64,000 bases of DNA from Bugula neritina. Its lineage: Eukaryota; Animalia; Bryozoa. Positions 8,501-23,500 of the stretch are shown one piece after another; position 1 is the stretch's first letter; each line of letters begins with the position of its first letter. The stretch lies in contig OZ037766.1 of assembly GCA_964035545.1 (NCBI GenBank), forward strand, positions 17,819,081-17,883,080, read 5' to 3'. The notes beneath the pieces were generated by a model. It ran no database searches and was not told the DNA's origin. It saw only the letters and a list, made by a program, of their open reading frames with translations. Both the position numbers and the translations under genes were made by a program.

Positions 8501-11500
8501 CAGTGAGTTGTAGTACATTTTAGTATGTTGCAGCATATTTCAGTATGTTGCAGTGTTTTTCAATGTGTTTCAGTATATTTCAGTTTAGTACCGTATATTT
8601 AGGTATGTTACAGTTCATTCCGATGTGTTGCAATGTATTTCAATATGTTACAGTATATTTCAGTATGTTGCAGTATATTTCAGCGTGTTTCAGTATATTT
8701 CAGTATGTCACAGTGCATTTCCAGATATTACACTATACTTCAGTGAGTTTTAGTGTTTTTCAGTATGTTGCAGTATGTTGCAGTGTATTTCAGTATGTTA
8801 AAGTGTATTTCAGCAGGTTTCAGTGTCTTGCAGTATATTTCAGCATGTTGCAGTATATTTCAGGATGTTGCAGTATGTTTCAGTATGTTACAGTATTTTG
8901 CAGTATATTTCGGTATCTTGCAACATATTTCAATGTGTTGCAATGTATTTCAATATGTTACAGTGTATTTCAGTATGTTTCAGTATCTTGCAGTATATTT
9001 CAGTGTGTTACAGTATATTTCATTATGTTGCAGTATGTTGCAGTATATTTCGGTATCTTGCAACATATTTCAATGTGTTGCAGGGTATTTCAATATCTTA
9101 CAGTGTATTTCAGTATGTTTCAATATTTTAGGTATATTTCAGTATGTTCAAGTATATTTCAGTATGTTGCAGTGTATTTCAGTGTGTTACAGTATATTTC
9201 AGTATGTTACAGTGCATTTCCTTATATTACACTATATTTCAGTGAGTTGCAGCGTAGTTCAGTGTGCTACAGCATATTTCAGTATGTTGCAGTGTTTTTC
9301 AACGTGTTACAATATATTTCAGTATATTACCGTATAGTTAGGTATGTTGCAGTTTATTCCAATGTGTTGCAGTGTATTTCGGTATGTTACAGTGTATTTC
9401 AGTATGTTGCAGTATGTTGCAATATGTTTCAGTATGTCGCAGTGTATTTCAGTATGTTGCAGTTTATTTCAGTATGTTACAATAAATTTCAGTATGTTAC
9501 AGTACATTTCCAAACATTACACTATACTTCAGTGAGTTGCAGTATATTTCAGTATCTTGCAGCATAGTTCAGTGTGTTACAGTATATTTCAGTATGTTAT
9601 AGTGCATTTCCAGATATTACACTATACTTCAGTGAGTTTTAGTGTCTTTCAGTATGTTGCAGTATATTTCAGTATGTTGTCGTATGTTTCAGTATTTTAC
9701 AGAACATTTCTGTATATTACATTATACTTTAGTGTGTTGCAGTGTATTTCAGTATGCTGCGGTATGTTACAGTGTATTTCAGTATGTTGCAGTATCTTGC
9801 AGTATATTTCAGTATTTGTCAGTATATTTCAGTATGTTGCAGTATACTTCAGTGGGTTACAGTATATTTCATTATGTTGCAGTATGTTGCAGTATATTTC
9901 AGTAGTTTGCAACATATTTCAGTAGGTTACCATATATTTCGGTATGTTGCAGTATATTTCAATGTGTTGCAGTGTATTTCAATATGTTACAGTGTATTTC
10001 AGTATGTTGCAGTATGTTACAGTATGTTACAGTGTATGTCAGTATGTTGCAGTATATTTCAGTGCGTTACAGTATATTTCAGTATGATACAATAAATTTC
10101 AGTATATTGGAGTATATTTCAGTGGGTTACAGCATATTTCAGTATGAGACAGCGCACTTTGGTGCGTTACAGTATATTTTAGTATGTTGCAGTGTAATTC
10201 AGTATGTTGTCGTATGTTTCAGTATTTTACAGTACATTTCTAGATATTACACTATATTTCAATGAGTTGCAGTGTAGTTCAGTGTGCTACAGCATATTTC
10301 AGTATGTTGCAGTGTTTTTGAATGTGTTACAGTATATTTTAGTATATTACTGTATATTTAGGTATGATGCAGTTTAGTTCAGTATGTTACAATAAACTTC
10401 AGTATTTTACAGTACATTCCCATGTATTACACTATACTTCAGTGAGTTGTAGTATATTTCAGCATCCTGCAGTATGTTTCAGTATGTTACAGTATATTTC
10501 AGTATGTTGCAGTATATTTCAGTGTGTTACAGTATATTTCAGTATGTTACAGTGCATTTCCAGACATTACACTATACTTCGGTGAGTTTTAGTGTCCTTC
10601 AGTATGTTGCAGTATATTTCAGTATCTTGCAACATATTCAATGTGTTGCAATGTATTTCGATATGTTTCAGTATATTCCAGTATATTACCGTATAGTTAG
10701 GTATGTTGCAGTTTATTCCAATGTGTTGCAGTGTATTTCAGTATGTTACAGTGTATTTCAGTATGTTGCAGTATGTTGCAATATGTTTCAGTATGTCGCA
10801 GTGTATTTCAGTATTTTGCAGTAACTTTCAGTGTGTTACAGTATATTTCATTATGTTGCAGTATATTTCGGGAGTTTGATACATATTTCAGTAGGTTACC
10901 ATATTATATTTCCGTATGTTGCAGTATATTCCAATGTTTTGCAGTGTATTTCAATATCCTACAGTGTATTTAGGTGTGTTTCAATATTTTTAGGTATATT
11001 TCAGTATGTTGAAGTATATTTCAGTATTTTGCAGCATATTTCAATGCGTTGCAATGTATTTCAATTTGTTGCAGTGTAATTCAGTATGTTACAGTACATT
11101 TCCATATATTACACTATACTTCAGTGAGTTGTAGTATATTTTATTATGTTGCAGCATATTTCAGTATGTTGCAGTGTTTTTCAATGTGTTTCAGTATATT
11201 TCAGTTTAGTACCGTATATTTAGGTATGTTACAGTTCATTCCGATGTGTTGCAATGTATTTCAAGATGTTACAGTGTATTTCAGTATGTTGCAGTATATT
11301 TCAGCGTGTTTCAGTATATTTCAGTATGTCACAGTGCATTTCCAGATATTACACTATACTTCAGTGAGTTTTAGTGTTTTTCAGTATGTTGCAGTATGTT
11401 GCAGTGTATTTCAGTATGTTAAAGTGTATTTCAGCAGGTTTCAGTGTCTTGCCGTATATTTCAGCATGTTGCAGTATATTTCAGGATGTTGCAGTATGTT

Positions 11501-11600
11501 TCAGTATGTTACAGTATTTTGCAGTATTTTGCAGTATATTTCGGTATCTTGCAACATATTTCAATGTGTTGCAATGTATTTCAATATGTTACAGTGTATT
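5520..11600 (+). repeat. ~3.55-kb offset duplication with a nested 930-bp duplication
   Basis: ORF pairs 5796/9344, 6009/9557 and 6816/10364 (offset 3548); 7615/8545 (offset 930). Confidence 0.85.
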
Positions 11601-14600
11601 TCAGTATGTTGCAGTATGTTGCAGTGTATTTCAGTATGTTACAGTGTATTTCAGTAGGTTTCAGTATCTTGCAGTATATTTCAGCATGTTGCAGTATATT
11701 TCAGAATGTTGCAGTATGTTTCAGTATGTTACAGTATTTTGCAGTAATTTGCAGTATATTTCAGTGTGTTACACTATATTTCATTATGTTGCAGTATGTT
11801 GCAGTATATTTCAGTATTTTGCAGCATATTTCGATGCGTTGCAATGTATTTCAATTTGTTGCAGTGTAATTCAGTATGTTACAGTACATTTCCATATATT
11901 ACACTATACTTCAGTGAGTTGTAGTACATTTTAGTATGTTGCAGCATATTTCAGTATGTTGCAGTGTTTTTCAATGTGTTTCAGTATATTTCAGTTTAGT
12001 ACCGTGTATTTAGGTATGTTACAGTTCATTCCGATGTGTTGCAATGTATTTCAATATGTTACAGTATATTTCAGTATGTTGCAGTATATTTCAGCGTGTT
12101 TCAGTATATTTCAGTATGTCACAGTGCATTTCCAGATATTACACTATTCTTCAGTGAGTTTTAGTGTTTTTCAGTATGTTGCAGTATGTTGCAGTGTATT
12201 TCAGTATGTTAAAATGTATTTCAGCAGGTTTCAGTGTCTTGCAGTATATTTCAGCATGTTGCAGGATATTTCAGGATGTTGCAGTATGTTTCAGTATGTT
12301 ACAGTATTTTGCGGTATTTTGCAGTATATTTCGGTATCTTGCAACATATTTCAATGTGTTGCAATGTATTTCAATATGTTACAGTGTATTTCAGTATGTT
12401 TCAGTATCTTGCAGTATATTTCAGTGTGTTACAGTATATTTCATTATGTTGCAGTATGTTGCAGCATATTTCGGTATCTTGCAACATATTTCAATGTGTT
12501 GCAATGTATTTCAATATGTTACAGTGTATTTCAGTATGTTGCAGTATGTTGCAGTGTATTTCAGTATGTTACAGTGTATTTCAGTAGGTTTCAGTATCTT
12601 GCAGTATATTTCAGCATGTTGCAGTATATTTCAGAATGTTGCTGTATGTTTCAGTATGTTACAGTATTTTGCAGTAATTTGCAGTATATTTCAGTGTGTT
12701 ACACTATATTTCATTATGTTGCAGTATGTTGCAGTATATTTCAGTAGTTTGCAACATATTTCAGTAGGTTACCATATATTTTGGTATGTTGCAGCATATT
12801 TCAAGGTGTTGCGGTGTATTTCAATATGTTACAGTGTATTTCAGTATGTTGCAGTATGTTGCAGTGTATTTCTGTATGTTACAGTGTATTTCAGTATGTT
12901 GCAGTATATTTCAGTATGTTACAGTATATTTCAGTATGTTGCAGTATATTTCAGTGGGTTATCGCATATTTCAGTATGATACAGCGTATTTCAGTATGTT
13001 ACAGTGTATTTCAGTATGTTGCAGTATATTTCAGTATGTTACAATGAATTTCAGTATGTTACAGTACATTTCCGTAAATTACACTATACTTCAGTGAGTT
13101 GTAGTATATTTCAGTATCTTGCAGTATAGCTCAGTATGTTACAGTATGTTTCAGTATGTTACAGTATATTTCAGTGTGTTACAGTAAATTTCAGTATGTT
13201 ACAGTGCATTTGCATATATTACACTACACTTCAGTGAGTTTTAGTGTTTTTCAGTATGTTGCAGTATATTTCAGTATGATACAATAAATTTCAGTATGTT
13301 ACAGTACAGTTCCGTAAATTACACTATACTTCAGTGAGTTGTAGTATATTTCAGTATCTTGCAGTATATCTCAGTATGTTACAGTATATTTCAGTATGTT
13401 GCAGTATATTTCAGCGTTTTTCAGTATATTTCAGTATGTCACAGTGCATTTCCAAATATTACACTATACTTCAGTGAGTTTCAGTGTCTTTCAGTATGTT
13501 GCAGTATGTTGCAGTGTATTTCAGTATGTTACAGTGTATTTCAGTAGGTTTCAGTATCTTGCAGTATATTTCAGCATGTTGCAGTATATTTCATGATGCT
13601 GCAGTATGTTTCAGTATGTTACAGTATTTTGCAGTATTTTGCAGTATATTTCAGTGTGTTACAGTATATTTCATTATGTTGCAGTATGTTACAGTGTATT
13701 TCAGTAGTTTGCAACATATTTCAGTAGGTTACCATACATTTCGGTATGTTGCAGCATATTTCAATGTGTTGCAGTGTATTTCAATATGTTACAGTGTATT
13801 TCAGTATGTTGCAGTATACTTCAGTGGGTTACAGTATATTTCATTATGTTGCAGTATGTTGCAGTATATTTCAGTAGTTTGCAACATATTTCAGTAGGTT
13901 ACCATATATTTCGGTATGTTGCAGTATATTTAAATGTGTTGCAGTGTATTTCAATATGTTACAGTGTATTTCAGTATGTTGCAGTATGTTACAGTATTTT
14001 ACAGTGTATTTCAGTATGTTGCAGTATATTTCAGTATGTTACAGTATATTTCAGTATGTTGCAGTATATTTCAGTGCGTTACAGTATATTTCAGTATGAT
14101 ACAATAAATTTCAGTATATTGGAGTATATTTCAGTGGGTTACAGCATATTTAAGTATGAGACAGTGCACTTTGGTGCGTTACAGTATATTTTAGTATGTT
14201 GCAGTGTAATTCAGTATGTTGTCGTATGTTTCAGTATTTTACAGTACATTTCTAGATATTACACTATATTTCAATGAGTTGCAGTGTAGTTCAGTGTGCT
14301 ACAGCATATTTCAGTATGTTGCAGTGTTTTTGAATGTGTTACAGTATATTTTAGTATATTACTGTATATTTAGGTATGTTGCAGTTTAGTTCAGTATGTT
14401 ACAATAAACTTCAGTATTTTACAGTACATTCCCATGTATAAAACTATACTTCAGTGAGTTGTAGTATATTTCAGTATCCTGCAGTATGTTTCAGTATGTT
14501 ACAGTATATTTCAGTATGTTGCAGTATATTTCAGTGTGTTACAGTATATTTCAGTATGTTACAGTGCATTACCAGACATTACACTATACTTCGGTGAGTT

Positions 14601-14789
14601 TTAGTGTCCTTCAGTATGTTGCAGTATATTTCAGTATCTTGCAACATATTCAATGTGTTGCAATGTAATTCAATATGTTTCAGTATATTTCAGTATATTA
14701 CCATGTAGTTAGGTATGTTGCAGTTTATTCCAATGTGTTGCAGTGTATTTCAGTATGTTACAGTGTATTTCAGTATGTTGCAGTATCTT

Positions 14790-17700
14790 GCAGTATATTT
14801 CAGTATGTTGCAGTATATTTCAGTATGTTGCAGTATGTTTCAGTATGTTACATTATATTTCAGTATTTTGCAGTATCTTTCGGTAGTTTGATACATATTT
14901 CAGTAGGTTACCATATATTTCCGTATGTTGCAGTATATTCCAATGTGTTGCAGTGTATTTCAATATCCTACAGTGTATTTAGGTGTGTTTCAATATTTTT
15001 AGGTATATTTCAGTATGTTGAAGTATATTTCAGTATTTTGCAGCAAATTTCAATGCGTTGCAATGTATTTCAATTTGTTGCAGTGTAATTCAGTATGTTA
15101 CAGTACATTTCCATATATTACACTATACTTCAGTGAGTTTTAGTATATTTTAGTATGTTGAAGCATATTTCAGTATGTTGCAGTGCTTTTCAATGTGTTT
15201 CAGTATATTTCAGTTTAGTACCGTATATTTAGGTATGTTACAGTTCATTCCGATGTGTTGCAATGTATTTCAATATGTTACAGTATATTTCAGTATGTTG
15301 CAGTATATTTCAGCGTGTTTCAGTATATTTCAGTATGTCACAGTGCATTTCCAGATATTACACTATACTTCAGTGAGTTGTAGTATATTTCAGTATTTTG
15401 CAGTATATCTCAGTATGTTACAGTATATTTCAGTATGTTGCAGTATATTTCAGCGTCTTTCAGTATATTTCAGTATGTCACAGTGCATTTCCAGATATTA
15501 CACTATACTTCAGTGAGTTTCAGTGTCTTTCAGTATGTTGCAGTATGTTGCGGTGTATTTCAGTATGTTACAGTGTATTTCAGTAGGTTTCAGTATCTTG
15601 CAGTATATTTCAGCATGTTGCAGTATATTTCATGATGCTGCAGTATGTTTCAGTATGTTACAGTATTTTGCAGTATTTTGCAGTATATTTCAGTGTGTTA
15701 CAGTATATTTCATTATGTTGCAGTATGTTGCAGTATATTTCAGTAGTTTACAACATATTTCAGTAGGTTACCACATATTTCGGTAAGTTGCAGTATATTT
15801 CAGTATGATACAATAAATTTCAGTGTGTTACAGTACATTTCTGCAAATTACACTGTACTTCAGTGAGTTGTAGTATATTTCAGTATCTTGCAGTATATCT
15901 CAGTATGTTACAGTTTATTTCAGTATGTTCCAGTATATTTCAGCGTGTTTCAGTATATTTCAGTATGCCACAATGCATTTTCAGATTCTTCACTATACTT
16001 CAGTGAGTTTTAGTGTCTTTCAGTATGTTGCAGTATATTTCGGTATCTTGCAACATATTTCAATGTGTTGCAATGTATTTCAATATGTTACAGTGTATTT
16101 CAGTATGTTTCAGTATCTTGCAGTATATTTCAATATGTTACAGTGTATTTCAGTATGTTGCAGTATTTTGCAATGCATTTCAGTATGTTACAGTGTATTT
16201 CAGTATGTTGCAGTATATTTCAATGTGTTACAATAAATTTTAGTATGTTACAGTACATTTCCGTAAATTACACTATACTTCAGTGAGTTGTAGTATATTT
16301 CAGTATCTTGCAGTATATCTCAGTATGTTACAGTATATTTCAGTATGTTACAGTATATTTCAGTGTGTTACAGTATGTTGCAGTATATTTCAGTAGTTTG
16401 CAACATATTTCAGTAGGTTACCATATATTTCGGTATGTTGCAGCATATTTCAATGTGTTCCAGTGTATTTCAATATGTTACAGTGTATTTCAGTATGTTG
16501 CAGTATGTTGCAGTATGATGCAGTATGTTGCAGTGTATTTCTGTATGTTACAGTGTATTTTAGTACGTTGCAGTATATTTCAGTATGTTACAGTATGTTT
16601 CAGTATGTTGCAGTGTATTTCAGTGGGTTATAGCATATTTCAGTATGATACAGCGTATTTCAGTATGTTACAGTGTATTTCAGTATGTTGCAGTATTTTG
16701 CAATATATTTCAGTATGTTACAGCGTATTTCAGTATGTTGCAGTATATTTCAGTATGTTACAATAAATTTCAGTATGTTACAGTACATTTCCGTAAATTA
16801 CACTATACTTCAGTGAGTTGTAGTATATTTCAGTATCTTGCAGTATATCTCAGTATGTTACAGTATATTTCAGTATGTTGCGGTATATTTCAGCGTGTTT
16901 CAGTATATTTCAGTATGTCACAGTGCATTTCCAGATATTACACTATACTTCAGTGAGTTTTAGTGTCTTTCAGTATGTTGCAGTTTGTTGCAGTGTATTT
17001 CAGTATGTTACAGTGTATTTCAGTAGGTTTCAGTGTCTTGCAGTATATTTCAGTATGTTGCAGTATATTTCAGTATGTTGCAGTATGTTTCAGTATGTTA
17101 CATTATATTTCAGTATTTTGCAGTATCTTTCGGTAGTTTGATACATATTTCAGTAGGTTACCATATATTTCCGTATGGTGCAGTATATTCCAATGTGTTG
17201 CAGTGTATTTCAATATCCTACAGTGTATTTAGGTGTGTTTCAACATTTTTAGGTATATTTCAGTATGTTGAAGTATATTTCAGTATTTTGCAGCAAATTT
17301 CAATGCGTTGCAATGTATTTCAATTGGTTGCAGTGTAATTCAGTATATTACAGTACATTTCCATATATTACACTATACTTCAGTGAGTTGTAGTATATTT
17401 TAGTATGTTGAAGCATATTTCAGTATGTTGCAGTGCTTTTCAATGTGTTTCAGTATATTTCAGTTTAGTACCGTATATTTAGGTATGTTACAGTTCATTC
17501 CGGTGTGTTGCAATGTATTTCAATATGTTACAGTATATTTCAGTATGTTGCAGTATATTTCAGCGTGTTTCAGTATATTTCAGTATGTCACAGTGCATTT
17601 CCAGATATTACACTATACTTCAGTGAGTTGTAGTATATTTCAGTATCTTGCAGTATATCTCAGTATGTTACAGTATATTTCAGTATGTTGCAGTATATTT

Positions 17701-19300
17701 CAGCGTTTTTCAGTATATTTCAGTATGTCACAGTGCATTTCCAGATATTACACTATACTTCAGTGAGTTTCAGTGTCTTTCAGTATGTTGCAGTATGTTG
17801 CAGTGTATTTCAGTATGTTACAGTGTATTTCAGTAGGTTTCAGTATCTTGCGGTATATTTCAGCATGTTGCAGTATATTTCATGATGCTGCAGTATGTTT
17901 CAGTATGTTACAGTATTTTGCAGTATTTTGCAGTATATTTCAGTGTGTTACAGTATATTTCATTATGTTGCAGTATGTTGCAGTATATTTCAGTATTTTG
18001 CAACATATTTCAGTAGGTTACCACATATTTCGGTAAGTTGCAGTATATTTCAGTATGATACAATAAATTTCAGTGTGTTACAGTACATTTCTGCAAATTA
18101 CACTGTACTTCAGTGAGTTGTAGTATATTTCAGTATCTTGCAGTATATCTCAGTATGTTACAGTTTATTTCAGTATGTTCCAGTATATTTCAGCGTGTTT
18201 CAGTATATTTCAGTATGCCACAATGCATTTTCAGATTCTTCACTATACTTCAGTGAGTTTTAGTGTCTTTCAGTATGTTGCAGTATATTTCGGTATCTTG
18301 CAACATATTTCAATGTGTTGCAATGTATTTCAATATGTTACAGTGTATTTCAGTATGTTTCAGTATCTTGCAGTATATTTCAATATGTTACAGTGTATTT
18401 CAGTATGTTGCAGTATTTTGCAATGCATTTCAGTATGTTACAGTGTATTTCAGTATGTTGCAGTATATTTCAATGTGTTACAATAAAATTTAGTATGTTA
18501 CAGTACATTTCCGTAAATTACACTATACTTCAGTGAGTTGTAGTATATTTCAGTATCTTGCAGTATATCTCAGTATGTTACAGTATATTTCAGTATGTTG
18601 CAGTATATTTCAGTGTGTTACAGTATGTTGCAGTATATTTCAGTAGTTTGCAACATATTTCAGTAGGTTACCATATATTTCGGTATGTTGCAGCATATTT
18701 CAATGTGTTCCTGTGTATTTCAATATGTTACAGTGTATTTCAGTATGTTGCAGTATGTTGCAGTATGATGCAGTATGTTGCAGTGTATTTCTGTATGTTA
18801 CAGTGTATTTTAGTACGTTGCAGTATATTTCAGTATGTTACAGTATGTTTCAGTATGTTGCAGTGTATTTCAGTGGGTTATAGCATATTTCAGTATGATA
18901 CAGCGTATTTCAGTATGTTACAGTGTATTTCAGTATGTTGCAGTATTTTGCAATATATTTCAGTATGTTACAGCGTATTTCAGTATGTTGCAGTATATTT
19001 CAGTATGTTACAATAAATTTCAGTATGTTACAGTACATTTCCGTAAATTACACTATACTTCAGTGAGTTGTAGTATATTTCAGTATCTTGCAGTATATCT
19101 CAGTATGTTACAGTATATTTCAGTATGTTGCAGTATATTTCAGCGTGTTTCAGTATATTTCAGTATGTCACAGTGCATTTCCAGATATTACACTATACTT
19201 CAGTGAGTTTTAGTGTCTTTCAGTATGTTGCAGTTTGTTGCAGTGTATTTCAGTATGTTACAGTGTATTTCAGTAGGTTTCAGTGTCTTGCAGTATATTT
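14790..19300 (+). repeat. 2 x 2250-bp tandem higher-order unit
   Basis: ORF pairs 15175/17425, 15398/17648, 15925/18175, 16308/18558 and 16585/18835 are all offset by 2250. Confidence 0.9.
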
Positions 19301-20560
19301 CAGCATGTTGCAGTATATTTCAGGATGTTGCAGTATGTTTCAGTACAATTCAGTATGTTGCAGTATATTTCAGTGCGTTACAGTATACTTCAGTATGTTA
19401 CAGTGTATTTCAGCATGTTACAGTGTATTTCAGTATGTTTCAATATTTTTAGGTATATTTCAGTATGTTGAAGTATATTTCAGCGAGTTTCAGTATATTT
19501 CAGTATATCACAGTGCATATCCAGATATTACACTATACTTCAGTGAGTTTTAGTGTCTTTCAGTATGTTACAGTGTATTTCAGTATGTTGCAGTATTTTG
19601 CAATATATTTCAGTATGTTACAGTATATTTCAGTATGTTGCAGTATAATTCAGTATGTTACAATAAATTTCAGTATGTTACAGTATATTTCAATATGTTG
19701 CAGTATATTTCAGCGTGTTTCAGTATATTTCAGTATGTCACAGTGCATTTCCAGATATTACACTATACTTCAGTGAGTTTTAGTGTCTTTCAGTATGTTA
19801 CAGTGTATTTCAGTATGTTGCAGTATAATTCAGTATGTTACAATAAATTTCAGTATATTACAGTACATTTCCGTAAATTACACTATACTTCAGTGAGTTG
19901 TAGTATATTTCAGTATCTTGCAGTATATCTCAGTTTGTTACAGTATATTTCAGTATGTTACAGTATATTTCAGTGTGTTACAGTAAATTTCAGTATGTTA
20001 CAGTGCATTTGCAGATATTACACTATACTTCAGTGAGTTTTAGTGTCTTTCAGTATGTTGCAGCATATTTCGGCATCTTGCAACTTATTTCAATGTGTTG
20101 CAATGTATTTCAATATGTTACAGTGTATTTCAGTATGTTGCAGTATGTTGCAGTGTATTTCAGTATGTTACAGTGTATTTCAGCAGGTCTCAGTATCTTG
20201 CAGTATATTTTAGTATGTTGCAGTATATTTCAGTGGGTTACAGTATATTCCAGTATGTTCCAGTGTATTTCAGTATGTTACAGTGTATTTCAGTAGTTTG
20301 CAACATATTTCAGTAGGTTACCATATATTTCGGTATGTTGCAGCATATTTCAATGTGTTGCAGTGTATTTCAATATGTTACAGTGTATTTCAGTATGTTG
20401 CAGTATGTTGCAGTGTATTTCTGTATGTTACAGTGTATTTCAGTATGTTGCAGTATATTTCAGTATGTTACAGTATGTTTCAGTATGTTGCAGTTTATTT
20501 CCGTGGGTTATAGTATATTTCAGTATGATACAGCGTATTTCAGTATGTTGCAGTATAATT

Positions 20561-23500
20561 CAGTAGTTTGCAACATATTTCAGTAGGTTACCATATATTT
20601 CGGTATGTTGCAGCATATTTCAATGTGTTGCAGTGTATTTCAATATGTTACAGTGTATTTCAGTATGTTGCAGTATGTTGCAGTATGATGCAGTATGTTT
20701 CAGTGTATTTCTGTATGTTACAGTGTATTTCAGTATGTTGCAGTATATTTCAGTATGTTACAGTATGTTTCAGTATGTTGCAGTATATTTCAGTGGGTTA
20801 TAGTATATTTCAGTATGTTACAGCGTATTTCAGTATGTTACAGTGTATTTCAGTATGTTGCAGCATTTTGCAATATATTTCAGTATGTTACAGCGTATTT
20901 CAGTATGTTGCAGTATATTTCAGTATGTTACAATAAATTTCAGTATGTCACAGTACATTTCCGTAAATTACACCATACTTCAGTGAGTTGTAGTATATTT
21001 CAGTATCTTGCAGTATATCTCAGTATGTTACTGTATATTTCAGTATGTTACAGTATATTTCAGTGTGTTACAGTAAATTTCAGTATGTTACAGTGCATTT
21101 GCAGATATTACACTATACTTCAGTGAGTTTTAGTGTCTTTCAGTATGTTCCAGTATATTTAAGTATGTTGCAGTATTTTGCAATATATTTTAGTATGTTA
21201 CAGTGTATTTCAGTACGTTGCAGTATATTTCAGTATAATACAATAAATTTCAGTGTGTTACAGTACATTTCTGCAAATTACACTATACTTCAGTGAGTTG
21301 TAGTATATTTCAGTATCTTGCAGTATATCTCAGTATGTTTCAGTTTATTTCAGTATGTTCCAGTATATTTCAGCGTGTTTCAGTATATTTCAGCATGCCA
21401 CAGTACATTTTTAGATTTTTCACTATACTTCAGTGAGTTTTAGTGTCTTTCAGTATGTTGCAGTATAATTCGGTATCTTGCAACTTATTTCAATGTGTTG
21501 CAATGTATTTCAATATGTTACAGTGTATTTAAGTATGTTGCAGTATGTTGCAGTGTATTTCAGTATGTTACAGTGTATTTCAGTAGGTTTCAGTATCTTG
21601 CAGTATATTTCAGTATGTTGCAGTATATTTCAGTGGGTTACAGTATATTCCAGTATGTTCCAGTATGTTGCAGTATATTTCAGTATGTTGCAGTGTATTT
21701 CAGTATGTTACAGTGTATTTCAGTATGTTGCAGTATGTTGCAGTGTATTTCTGTATGTTACAGCGTATTTCTGTATGTTACAGTGTATTTCAGTAGTTTG
21801 CAACATATTTAAGTAGGTTACCATATATTTCGGTAAGTTGCAGCATATTTCAATGTGTTGCAGTGTATTTCAATATGTTACAGTGTATTTCAGTATGTTG
21901 CAGTATGTTGCAGTGTATTTCTGTATGTTACAGGGTATTTCAGTATGTGACAGTGTATTTCAGTATGTTGCAGTATATTTCAGTATGTTACAGTATGTTT
22001 CAGTATGTTGCAGTATATTTCAGTGGGTTATAGTATATTTCAGTATGATACAGCGTATTTGAGTATGTTACAGTATATTTCAGTGTGTTACAGTATGTTG
22101 AGTATATTTCAGTAGTTTGCAACATATTTCAGTAGGTTACCAGATATTTCGGTATGTTGCAGCATATTTCAATGTGTTGCAGTGTATTTCAATATGTTAC
22201 AGTGAATTTCAGTATGTTGCAGTATGTTGCAGTATGATGCAGTATGTTGCAGTGTATTTCTGATTGTTACAGTGTATTTCAGTATGTTGCAGTATATTTC
22301 AGTATGTTACAGTATGTTTCAGTATGTTGCAGTATATTTCAGCGGGTTATAGTATATTTCAGTATGATACAGCGTATTTCAGTATGTTACAGTGTATTTC
22401 AGTATGTTGCAGTATTTTGCAATATATTTCAGTATGTTACAGCGTATTTCAGTATGTTGCAGTATATTTCAGTATGTTACAAAAAATTTCAGTATGTTAC
22501 AGTACATTTCCGTAAATTACACTATACTTCAGTGAGTTGTAGTATATTTCAGTATCTTGCAGTATATCTCAGTATGTTACTGTATATTTCAGTATGTTAC
22601 AGTATGTTTCAGTGTGTTACAGTAAATTTCAGTATGTTACAGTGCATTTGCAGATATTACACTATACTTCAGTGAGTTTTAGTGTCTTTCAGTATGTTGC
22701 AGTATATTTCAGTATGTTGCAGTATTTTGCAATACATTTTAGTATGTTACAGTGTATTTCAGTATGTTGCAATATATTTCAGTATGATACAATAAATTCC
22801 AGTATGTTACAGTACATTTCCATAAATTACACTATACTTCAGTGAGTTGTAGTACATTTTGGTATCTTGCAGTATATCTCAGTATGTTACAGTATAGTTC
22901 AGTATGTTGCAGTATATTTCAGCGTGTTTCAGTATATTTCAGTATGTCACAGTGCATTTCCAGATATTACACTATACTTCAGTGAGTTTTAGTGTTTTTC
23001 AGTATGTTGCAGTATGTTGCAGTGTATTTCAGTATGTTACAGTGTATTTCAGTAGGTTTCAGTGTCTTGCAGTATAATTCAGCATGTTGCAGTATATTTC
23101 AGGATGTTGCAGTATGTTTCAGTATGTTACAGTATTTTGCAGTATTTTGCAGTATAGTTCAGTGTGTTACAGTATATTTCATTATGTTGCAGTATGTTGC
23201 AGTATATTTCAGTAGTTTGCAACATATTTCAGTAGGTTACCATATATTTCGGTATGTTGCAGCATATTTCAATGTGTTGCAGTGTATTTCAATATGTTAC
23301 AGTGTATTTCAGTATGTTGCAGTATGTTGCAGTATGATGCAGTATGTTTCAGTGTATTTCTGTATGTTACAGTGTATTTCAGTATGTTGCAGCATATTTC
23401 AGTATGTTACAGTATGTTTCAGTATGTTGCAGTATATTTCAGTGGGTTATAGTATATTTCAGTATGATACAGCGTATTTCAGTATGTTACAGTGTATTTC